Shown here piece by piece: positions 56,248 to 64,000 of a stretch of DNA of 64,000 nucleotides (position 1 is its first letter; each line of letters starts with the position of its first letter). The stretch is taken from NCBI GenBank assembly GCA_947630805.1, contig CANRIV010000008.1, forward strand, positions 4,458 through 68,457, written 5' to 3'. Origin of the DNA: an uncultured Lachnospiraceae bacterium. Lineage in GTDB: Bacteria > Bacillota > Clostridia > Lachnospirales > Lachnospiraceae. The position numbers were made by a program, and so were the translations under genes. The notes beneath the pieces are model-generated. The model was given only the letters and a program-made list of their open reading frames with translations. It had not been told where the DNA came from and did not search any database.

Positions 56248-57089
56248 TACTGCTGCACCTCCCTGCTCCTTGTGATTCTCAACTGGATTACCGCGATTGC
56301 TGCAACAATCAGGAAAAATATAACTGCTTTTGCCTGCCCCACTCCCTGGAATCCGGCTCTTCCATAAAAGGTGTTGTATATATTTAATGCCAGCATTTCT
56401 GACATTTTTGATGGATTTCCCGCCGTCAGCGCCAGGTTTTGGTCAAATAATTTAAATCCATTGGTCAGAGTCAGGAAAGTACAAATGGTAATAGAAGGCA
56501 TTACCATTGGCAGTGTTACATTCTTTAGTACCTGCCAGGAATTCGCACCGTCAATTTTTGCCGCCTCCACCAGCTCAGTAGGAACATTTTGGATTCCGGC
56601 AATGTAAATAATCATCATATATCCTATTTGCTGCCAGTTCATAAGAATTAAAAGTCCGATAAATCCGTATTTTGCATCATATGTAAGCGTTACGCCCATA
56701 TTTGCAAGAATACCATTTAATATAATCTGCCAGATATATCCTAATACAATTCCTCCAATTAAATTGGGCATAAAAAATATTGTACGAAATAAATTTGTGC
56801 CCTTGAATCCCTTTGTGAGAAGCATAGCGACAATAAAAGCAAAAAGATTGATGGTTATGACTGACGCTACGGTAAACAGCGCTGTAAACCAAAGGGAATG
56901 AATAAACGTTCCATCCCGAAACACTTCAAGATAATTGGATATTCCCACCCATTTAGAATCCGTAACAGTAGTAAATTTACAAAAAGACAAATAGATTCCG
57001 AGAAAAAATGGAACGATGAAGCCAATAATAAAGGCTGCTATCGTAGGCAAAATAAATATAGGAAAATATTTTCGAATTGATTGATTCAT
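56247..57089 (-). CDS. Maltodextrin ABC permease (MalF-like)
   Basis: Start ATG 57089 (SD AAGGAG); RTIFFMPNLI, ELVEAAKIDGA. Confidence 0.92.
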   Translation of the reverse strand: MNQSIRKYFPIFILPTIAAFIIGFIVPFFLGIYLSFCKFTTVTDSKWVGISNYLEVFRDGTFIHSLWFTALFTVASVITINLFAFIVAMLLTKGFKGTNLFRTIFFMPNLIGGIVLGYIWQIILNGILANMGVTLTYDAKYGFIGLLILMNWQQIGYMMIIYIAGIQNVPTELVEAAKIDGANSWQVLKNVTLPMVMPSITICTFLTLTNGFKLFDQNLALTAGNPSKMSEMLALNIYNTFYGRAGFQGVGQAKAVIFFLIVAAIAVIQLRITRSREVQQ

Positions 57090-57108
57090 TACAACTCCTT
57101 CTTGATTG

Positions 57109-57148
57109 GAAAAGTGGTGGGCAACCATTTTTCTGCCCGCCACTTTTC
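57109..57148 (-). terminator. Stem-loop between the SBP and permease genes
   Basis: GAAAAGTGGTGGGCA / TGCCCGCCACTTTTC, 15 bp with one non-WC pair. Confidence 0.65.
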
Positions 57149-57162
57149 TGAATTTTTTAATG

Positions 57163-58506
57163 TTACTTCTGCGTTGCCTGATACTCCGATGCCCATCCGT
57201 CTACAAATGCTTTTTTTACCTGGTCCCATTTTCCTGTTCCCTGGGCATACTCCAACAGAGCATTTCCCAGACGGTTTTTCCATTCATCAGACGGAATCGT
57301 AGAAAAGTTCCACGACACGGGGGTTTTTCCGGAAGCAAGATAATCTGCATCTGCACGAATCAGAGGATTATCTGCCGCATACTCATCTGTAAACGTATCA
57401 AACGGTGTCACAAATCCCATTTCTTTTGCGATAGATTTTCTTCCCTCATCGCTGGTAATGCACCAGTTTAAAAAATCAAGTGTCGCCTGAATATCTTCTT
57501 TCGAGGAATTTTTATTGATACACCAATAATTTTCTGAGCCGGTGCAGAGTCCCTGATTTTCTTCTCCTTCCACACCAATATAAATTGGTAACATGCCAAG
57601 GTCTTCTTCTGTCAGACCATTCTTTGTAATATTTGTATATTCCCATGTACCATTCTGATAAAATACGGCTTTTCCCGTAGCAAACTCAGCGGTTGCGTCA
57701 TCCGATGTTTTACTGGATAACAGCTTAGGATCACAAGTAGAATCTGTAATATAGAGATCCCATATTTTTTTATAATTATCCAGATAAGTTCCTTTAATTG
57801 CCTTGGAAGAAGTGATTCCTTCATCCTTATATTCATAATATATTGGAATGTTTGCTAAATGTGTTTTAAATCTCCAATCAGAACTTGAATCCATACCTGC
57901 GGAGGTAAAGGCTCCATCCACACCTAAATCTTTTTTCTTTGCCTGAATATCATCAGCTACTTCTTTCAATTTATCAAAACTGTTAATTTCAGAAGCATCT
58001 TTTATTTTTGCCCCATCCATTTCACAATATTTTTTCAATATTTTTTTATTGTATATCAACCCATACGTTTCAATGGCGTATGCGATACCGTAAACACCAT
58101 CTCCCTCTTTCAAAACAAAATCATCGCTTGTGACATGTTTATAAAGCTCTGAATCCTTTAAGTCATAGCAATAATCTTTCCACGTATTCAAACCGATTGG
58201 TCCATTGACCTGAAACAGAGTAGGCGCGTCGCTTTTTGCCATCTCAGAAGTCAGTGTCTGCTCATATGTTCCCGAAGCTGCCGTGTTGATTTTTATCTGA
58301 ACACCCGTTTCCTCCTGATATTTTTTGGCCAGTTCTTTCCATTCATCTCCCTGTTCCGGTTTAAAATTTAAATAATAGACTGTACCCTTTGCATTTTCCG
58401 TACCGGAATCCTGTGCATTGGATTCTTCTTTTTTTCCACCACAGCCTGTCAGAAGAACTGTTGTCAATGTCAGTCCCAATAACATGCTTAATACTCTTTT
58501 ATACAT
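57163..58506 (-). CDS. Lipoprotein sugar-binding protein (maltodextrin, by operon context)
   Basis: Lipobox LLTGC, YYLNFKPEQ, YGLIYNK, FYQNGTW; start 58506 or 58524. Confidence 0.9.
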   Translation of the reverse strand: MYKRVLSMLLGLTLTTVLLTGCGGKKEESNAQDSGTENAKGTVYYLNFKPEQGDEWKELAKKYQEETGVQIKINTAASGTYEQTLTSEMAKSDAPTLFQVNGPIGLNTWKDYCYDLKDSELYKHVTSDDFVLKEGDGVYGIAYAIETYGLIYNKKILKKYCEMDGAKIKDASEINSFDKLKEVADDIQAKKKDLGVDGAFTSAGMDSSSDWRFKTHLANIPIYYEYKDEGITSSKAIKGTYLDNYKKIWDLYITDSTCDPKLLSSKTSDDATAEFATGKAVFYQNGTWEYTNITKNGLTEEDLGMLPIYIGVEGEENQGLCTGSENYWCINKNSSKEDIQATLDFLNWCITSDEGRKSIAKEMGFVTPFDTFTDEYAADNPLIRADADYLASGKTPVSWNFSTIPSDEWKNRLGNALLEYAQGTGKWDQVKKAFVDGWASEYQATQK

Positions 58507-58725
58507 ACCTTTCTCCTTTTTCATACTCTTTTTAGATTTCTTTGGCTGTATAAATATTGTATTCCAAAAAATGAAAATTATTTATTCCAAAAGAAATTTC
58601 AACATTTTATTTTCTATAGAAAATTACAAAATAATTTTTAATAAAAAAAGAAGCCGGTGTTTTGCCACCAGCCCCTTTTTGAGATTAAGTAAAATATATA
58701 TTTAAGAACAGAGTTCTAAATATTT

Positions 58726-60396
58726 CTATTTTTCATTGATAAGAGCATCATATCCCATTTCACCGGTACGAACTCTCATAACATCTTCCACATCAGATAC
58801 AAATATCTTTCCTGCACCTCTGTGTTCACTGTTTAAAGCCTTTCTTGCTGCCGCAACAACCAGTCCCGGATCAACAGTGGATACTACAATGTCTACCTGC
58901 AGCTTTGGATATAAGTTCATACTTGTAGGAACACCTCTGTATCTTCCCAAATGTCCTTTTTCTACGCCGCAGCCCATTACCTGACTGACTGTCATACCAG
59001 ATACACCGATTGCTTCCATTGTGTCACGCAGCACACCGAAATTCTCTTCCGGACAGATTACAGTTACCTTTGTATATTTTCCTGTTTCTTTCTGTCCAAT
59101 AGATAATTGTACAGGAGAAACATCTGACAAGTCTACTGCGCCTGCAACTTCACCCGCATAAGATGGAGCTGTTGGAAGGAAATCTGCATAAGCCGATGCG
59201 AGACCATGCTCTGAAATGTCCATACCAATAATTTCGTCTTCTGCAGATGCTCTTAATCCGATGGTATGCTTAATAATTGTATATACAATAATCATTGCTA
59301 TCGTAGTATAGGTTGCAATGCAGACAATTCCAAGTAACTGTATTCCCAGCTGTCTGAATCCTCCGCCATAGAAAAGTCCTATAATACCATTCTGTCCTTT
59401 TCCGGTTGCAAATAAACCTGTTGCGATTGTTCCCCAGATACCATTGACACCGTGTACTGCAAAAGCCCCGACAGGGTCATCTATATGAAATACCTTATCC
59501 ACAACTTCTACTGCGACATCAACCAAAATTCCGGCTATAATTCCAATGATAGCGGCTCCTAAAGCATCCACATCTGCGCAAGGAGCAGTAACTGCTACCA
59601 GACCTGCCAGAGAAGCATTCAGACACATACCAACATCCGGCTTTTTATCTTTTATCCATGTGAAAATCATACAGGAAACGGTTGCCAATGCCGGTGCAAC
59701 GGTTGTTGTAAGAAAAATCTGTCCCATTCTTGTAGAATCTGCTGCTGCCGCACCGTTAAAACCATACCATCCAAACCAAAGAATGAATACACCGAGGGCT
59801 CCCAATGTCAGGGAATGTCCTGCGATAGCGTTTGACTTAATCGTTCCATCTTTCTTTTTTGAGAATTTACCAATACGCGGTCCTAACATAATCGCACCAA
59901 TCAAAGCGGCAATACCACCTACAGTATGAATACATGCGGAGCCTGCAAAATCAATAAATCCCAACTGTGCCAGCCATCCCTGTGAGTTCCACGTCCATCC
60001 TGCTTCAATCGGATAAACAATCGCACTGATGACTGCAGAATAAACACAGTAAGCACTAAACTTTGTTCTCTCTGCCATAGCGCCAGAAACAATCGTTGCC
60101 GCCGTAGCACAGAATACTAACTGGAATACAAAACTGGAAGAATTAAAATCTGCAAAATCTGTAAATATCTGCATATTTGGAACACCAATGACTCCAAACA
60201 GATAATTTTCAGACATCATAACGCCATATCCCAGTAAAATAAAAGTTACTGTACCAATACAGAAATCCATCAGATTTTTCATAATGATGTTTCCTGCACT
60301 CTTTGCTCTGGTAAAACCTGTCTCTACCATAGCAAAACCACACTGCATGAAAAATACCAGCGCAGCGCCAATTAAAAACCAAATACTCATATCCAT
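58726..60396 (-). CDS. amtB: Ammonium transporter fused to a C-terminal PII (GlnK-like) domain (556 aa)
   Basis: Start ATG 60396 (SD GGAGGAG). FMQCGFAMVETG, SGAMAERT, DFAGSACIH and AVHG (twin His), GWYGFNG; PII block GMTVSQVMGCG...YRG...PK...GKIFV...RVRTGE. Confidence 0.93.
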   Translation of the reverse strand: MDMSIWFLIGAALVFFMQCGFAMVETGFTRAKSAGNIIMKNLMDFCIGTVTFILLGYGVMMSENYLFGVIGVPNMQIFTDFADFNSSSFVFQLVFCATAATIVSGAMAERTKFSAYCVYSAVISAIVYPIEAGWTWNSQGWLAQLGFIDFAGSACIHTVGGIAALIGAIMLGPRIGKFSKKKDGTIKSNAIAGHSLTLGALGVFILWFGWYGFNGAAAADSTRMGQIFLTTTVAPALATVSCMIFTWIKDKKPDVGMCLNASLAGLVAVTAPCADVDALGAAIIGIIAGILVDVAVEVVDKVFHIDDPVGAFAVHGVNGIWGTIATGLFATGKGQNGIIGLFYGGGFRQLGIQLLGIVCIATYTTIAMIIVYTIIKHTIGLRASAEDEIIGMDISEHGLASAYADFLPTAPSYAGEVAGAVDLSDVSPVQLSIGQKETGKYTKVTVICPEENFGVLRDTMEAIGVSGMTVSQVMGCGVEKGHLGRYRGVPTSMNLYPKLQVDIVVSTVDPGLVVAAARKALNSEHRGAGKIFVSDVEDVMRVRTGEMGYDALINEK

Positions 60397-60437
60397 AATT
60401 ATCTCCTCCATTCTTTCTGTCCTGTTCTTATCAAAAC

Positions 60438-60476
60438 AAAAAAAGAGAGCAAAACCGTTACGTCTGCTCCCTTGCA
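60438..60476 (-). terminator. Leader terminator/attenuator upstream of amt
   Basis: Stem GGGAGCAGAC...GTTTTGCTCTC + T7 between promoter and SD; overlapping TGC-AAGGGA-GCA mini hairpin. Confidence 0.6.
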
Positions 60477-60494
60477 TTTCGTTCAACAGAGATT

Positions 60495-60522
60495 AGTATA
60501 GCACTCATATTTGAGATTTCAA
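60495..60522 (-). promoter_or_regulatory. SigA-type promoter of amt
   Basis: TTGAAA-16 bp-TATACT with extended -10 TG; spacer contains CTCA-AATA-TGAG inverted repeat. Confidence 0.6.
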
Positions 60523-60648
60523 CCTATCGTTTCCGTTTACTAACAAAATAAACTTGATTATTAATAATTTTAGCATATGCCTTTAATATATTAACTTCAT
60601 GATTAATTTATTTAATACGTTTATGTATTTGAATCGTTTTATAGCGGC

Positions 60649-61587
60649 TTACTGCATAATTTCTTTAACCTGTCCATAAATTCCTGTCGTATCCAGTTTG
60701 AATTCTTTCAATAATTCCAGGGCAGGACCTGAATGTCCAAAAACATCCTTTAATCCCAGTTTTGTAACCGGTACAGGATATTTTTCGCTGAGGCAGTCAC
60801 AGACTGCGCTTCCCAATCCACCGATAATAGAATGTTCTTCCACTGTAATCACTCTTTTGGTTTTCTGTGCTGATTTTATAATCAGTTCCTCATCAAGCGG
60901 TTTAATCGTATGAATATTAATTACCTCTGCATGAATTCCATCCTGTGTCAGTTTTTCTGCAGCTTCTACTGCATAAGAGACCATAAGTCCTGTTGCAACA
61001 ATCGTCACATCCGTTCCCTCTCTCATGAGAACGCCTTTTCCTATCTGAAATTCATAATCTTCCCTATTGATAACCGGAGCTGCCAGTCTGCCAAACCGAA
61101 GATAAACAGGTCCTTTCATCGCATAAGCTGCTTTGACCGCAGCGCGTGCTTCTATGTCATCACATGGATTAATTACCGTCATTCCGGGAATCGTCCGCAT
61201 CAGTGCGATATCCTCATTGCACTGATGGGTTGCTCCATCTTCTCCTACGGAAATTCCCGCATGCGTTGCTCCTATTTTTACATTCAGATGAGGGTATCCC
61301 ACTGTGTTTCTTATCTGTTCAAAAGCCCGTCCCGCTGCAAACATGGCAAAGGTACTGGCAAACGGTACCTTCCCGCAGGTCGCAAGTCCTGCTGCAATAC
61401 CTATCATATTTGCTTCTGCTATTCCACAATCAATGTGCCGGTCCGGAAACTGTTTTTTAAAAATATTCGTTTTCGTTGCCGCCGCAAGATCAGCATCCAA
61501 TACCACCAGATCATCATGCTCTTTTGCCAGTTCGACAAGTGCATTCCCATAACTTTCTCTTGTTGCAATCTTTTTTATTTCTGACAT
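60649..61587 (-). CDS. tkt: Transketolase, C-terminal (pyrimidine-binding) subunit
   Basis: ATRESYG, GIAEANM, STFAMF, GEDGATHQ, EEHSIIGGLGS. Confidence 0.93.
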   Translation of the reverse strand: MSEIKKIATRESYGNALVELAKEHDDLVVLDADLAAATKTNIFKKQFPDRHIDCGIAEANMIGIAAGLATCGKVPFASTFAMFAAGRAFEQIRNTVGYPHLNVKIGATHAGISVGEDGATHQCNEDIALMRTIPGMTVINPCDDIEARAAVKAAYAMKGPVYLRFGRLAAPVINREDYEFQIGKGVLMREGTDVTIVATGLMVSYAVEAAEKLTQDGIHAEVINIHTIKPLDEELIIKSAQKTKRVITVEEHSIIGGLGSAVCDCLSEKYPVPVTKLGLKDVFGHSGPALELLKEFKLDTTGIYGQVKEIMQ

Positions 61588-62414
61588 AATGCTTCACCTG
61601 CTTTCTCCAAGTCTTCCATTGCCACAGCATACTGCTCGTCATTTGGTGCAGCTCCATGCCATTTTACCTCATTTTCCATAAAGGAAACTCCCTTTCCTTT
61701 TATGGTATTCATGACAATCGCAGTTGGCATTCCCTTTGTCATTCTTGCTTCTGACAATGCTTTTCTGATTTCATCAAAATCGTGTCCGTCTATCGTAATT
61801 ACATGAAATTGAAATGCTTCCAGTTTTTTGTCTATCGGGTATGGAGAGCATACCTGCTCTACTGTTCCGTCTATCTGAAGATTATTATTATCTACAATGA
61901 CGACCAGATTGTCCAGTTTTCTGTGACCGGCAAACATTGCCGCCTCCCACACCTGGCCCTCTTCAATTTCACCATCTCCTAACATTGTGTACACTCTGTA
62001 ATCTGCATGGTCCATTTTGCCTGCCAGTGCCATTCCCACAGCAGTAGAAATTCCCTGACCCAGCGAGCCGGCGGACATATCAACTCCCGGCGTATGCTTC
62101 ATATCCGGATGTCCCTGAAGATATGACCCTGTCTTTCTCAATGTGATAAGGTCCTCTTTTGGAATATATCCTTTTTCTGCCAGCACGGCATAGAGTACCG
62201 GAGCAGCATGTCCCTTAGACAACACAAATCTGTCCCTGTTTTTATCCTCCGGATGGTCCGGACTGATATTCATTTCTTCATAATATAAAAATGTAACCAT
62301 ATCCGCTGCCGATAAAGAGCCTCCCGGATGACCTGATTTTGCACTGTGTAAGCTTCTTATAATGCTTTTTCTGATTTCATTTGCTTTCTGTGCAAGCTGT
62401 AAATTTTCCATCAT
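61575..62414 (-). CDS. tkt: Transketolase, N-terminal (TPP-binding) subunit
   Basis: SGHPGGSLS, DRFVLSKGH, LQGHP, GSLGQG, GDGEIEEG...N TPP motif, WHG. Confidence 0.94.
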   Translation of the reverse strand: MMENLQLAQKANEIRKSIIRSLHSAKSGHPGGSLSAADMVTFLYYEEMNISPDHPEDKNRDRFVLSKGHAAPVLYAVLAEKGYIPKEDLITLRKTGSYLQGHPDMKHTPGVDMSAGSLGQGISTAVGMALAGKMDHADYRVYTMLGDGEIEEGQVWEAAMFAGHRKLDNLVVIVDNNNLQIDGTVEQVCSPYPIDKKLEAFQFHVITIDGHDFDEIRKALSEARMTKGMPTAIVMNTIKGKGVSFMENEVKWHGAAPNDEQYAVAMEDLEKAGEALCQK

Positions 62415-62429
62415 TACTTCCTTTCTGTA

Positions 62430-64000
62430 TTAAATGTTAAAGTCTGATTCTTCTAACAGAATTCGTCCGTCCTCATCTTTTTGTGACGAAAAAATCCCCT
62501 TTACCTTTCTTCCCAGCTTTTTGGAATTTGAAATTGCCTGGTCCACAATATTTTCCACATCTCTTTGTCCGATTCCTTTGTTTGCCCCAAAGAAATCATC
62601 TATCGCTTTATAAAATGCAAGATTTGCCAGTTCGTCTACTCCATATCCCTGTTTCATCGCATATTGCTTGCCATACTCGACCCATTCCCTGATATCATAT
62701 TCTCTAATTTGAATTACATGGTTAAACACCTGTTTCATTCTTGAAGAAGTGTCCAGCAATGTTTCCATACCATCCGTATGTCCTTCCAGTACTATCAGCA
62801 TATCATCCGTAAACATTCCGGTAGCGTCAATCATCTCACTCAGTGTCATAACGCCTAACTGATGCGCATTTTCTATAATCAAATCGCTTCCCAGAAGCTT
62901 ATTCAATGAATTTCTAAATCCACGGCGGTTTAACGCTGCGGCTTTAATTTTTGCAAGACGTCTGCCTCTTCTGCCGCGCTTTTTGTTGACTAACTTAATA
63001 ATCTCGAGTGCAAGTGTTGTCTTCCCTGTCTTATCATTTCCCATGATAATGATATTTCCGTTTTCCGATTTTCCATTTGGCATATAGTTATTTACCAAAT
63101 CATAGACAATCTTACGAAGATTATTTTCCAGACCTTCTACATTCAGATAATTTTTAAATGGTATCAAATCCTGTTCTGTAAGAGTCATTCCCGGACCTTT
63201 TGTCTTCACATCTTCTGAATGATCAGCTTCTTTTGTCTGGGTTTCTTCTCCTTTGGAAACAGTTTCCGTCTCTGTATCGGCGGAAGTTTCTTTTGATTCT
63301 TCCGCATTGGCTTTAGAACTATCTTCTGTCTCTGTATCAGTAGCTGTTTCTTTTGACTCTTCTTTATCTTCGCCGGAAATATCATCCGCTGCTTCCACTG
63401 TATCCGATGTTTCCTTATCTACATTGTCCATATCATCCACTCCTGAGATAATTTCTACCTTTGTAGAAGAATTTTCCCGGATATGGAGCTGTGCATTTTG
63501 AATTGCCTTTTCAATTTCCTCACGGGTAGGAAGCTGGTCCGTAATTTTGCCCAGTTCCGAATTTGTGACAATACTCTCGTACATCGTTTTCTGTCCTACA
63601 TCATTGCTGGTATCCCTCTGTGGAATATCCAAAGATAAGTCAAACATCGGTGGTACGGAATTATCTTTTCTTTCTTTTGCTACGGTGGTTACTTCTTCTG
63701 CCGGAATCTGTTTCGTTTTCTTTTCATCCTCAGCGTCTGCCTCTTGAAACGAAACATCCCCTACATTTGGAATAATCTTTGTCTCGGCAGAAACAGTCTG
63801 ATTTTCCGGCTCTTTTGTCTCTTTTTCTTCGGTTTTCTCATCAAGTTCTTTTTCTACAGAGAGTTCCTCCGATTTCTCCTGCGTTTTTACCGGTGTGTTA
63901 TCTTCCTCCCAACGCTCCAGAGTACTGATATTTTCCTCCGAAACAGTTTCTTCTTCTAAAACTTCTTCCTCTGAATTCTCCTCTTCCAATTCTTCTATAT
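62430..64000 (-). CDS. Large acidic protein with a degenerate C-terminal AAA+-like domain; 5' end beyond the window
   Basis: Frame open to position 64000; long E/T/D-rich low-complexity region; Walker A GNDKTGKT, Walker B-like LIIEN. Confidence 0.75.
   Translation of the reverse strand, partial: IEELEEENSEEEVLEEETVSEENISTLERWEEDNTPVKTQEKSEELSVEKELDEKTEEKETKEPENQTVSAETKIIPNVGDVSFQEADAEDEKKTKQIPAEEVTTVAKERKDNSVPPMFDLSLDIPQRDTSNDVGQKTMYESIVTNSELGKITDQLPTREEIEKAIQNAQLHIRENSSTKVEIISGVDDMDNVDKETSDTVEAADDISGEDKEESKETATDTETEDSSKANAEESKETSADTETETVSKGEETQTKEADHSEDVKTKGPGMTLTEQDLIPFKNYLNVEGLENNLRKIVYDLVNNYMPNGKSENGNIIIMGNDKTGKTTLALEIIKLVNKKRGRRGRRLAKIKAAALNRRGFRNSLNKLLGSDLIIENAHQLGVMTLSEMIDATGMFTDDMLIVLEGHTDGMETLLDTSSRMKQVFNHVIQIREYDIREWVEYGKQYAMKQGYGVDELANLAFYKAIDDFFGANKGIGQRDVENIVDQAISNSKKLGRKVKGIFSSQKDEDGRILLEESDFNI
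63268..63362 (-). repeat. Imperfect 60-bp-period coding duplication
   Basis: EESKETATDTET / EESKETSADTET; 35-nt blocks at 63268-63302 and 63328-63362. Confidence 0.75.

Noticed and set aside
60649-62414. Frameshifted transketolase pseudogene
   Set aside because: Two-subunit transketolases are normal in clostridia; both halves have intact motifs and a 13-nt coupled overlap.
1-64000. CRISPR arrays, rRNA, tRNA, transposases, integrases, prophage genes
   Set aside because: No regularly spaced repeat-spacer pattern, no recognisable RNA gene and no mobile-element protein motifs were seen.

Overview
Chromosomal segment of a low-GC, spore-forming Firmicute; gene content and order look Lachnospiraceae-like (inference). 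Most genes are on the minus strand. Positions 755-23572 form a 13-gene, probably co-transcribed beta-1,3-glucan utilisation locus: secreted GH16, cytoplasmic GH161-type glucan phosphorylase, GH94 laminaribiose phosphorylase-like enzyme, GH17 and a LacI regulator. It also holds a non-canonical 8-gene import module: a lipoprotein SBP, a ~1040-aa membrane-anchored SBP, two permease pairs, a beta-propeller/TPR/Yip1-type membrane protein and an 839-aa DUF5696-like protein. A wall-anchored CBM-like protein and a partial secreted protein flank the locus. The rest holds housekeeping and sporulation genes (plsC, murI, spoIIR, ispE, sipL-like, pgm, cotS, cca, pdxR/pdxK, metK, murA, aroK, dinB, split transketolase). 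It also has a T-box-controlled LeuA fused to an AraC DNA-binding domain, a GH2 beta-glucuronidase, a truncated sigma70-like protein lacking promoter-melting residues, a maltodextrin ABC/malQ operon and an Amt-PII fusion with a leader terminator. No rRNA, tRNA, CRISPR array, transposase, integrase or phage gene was seen. Family assignments come from recalled motifs; no database search was run.
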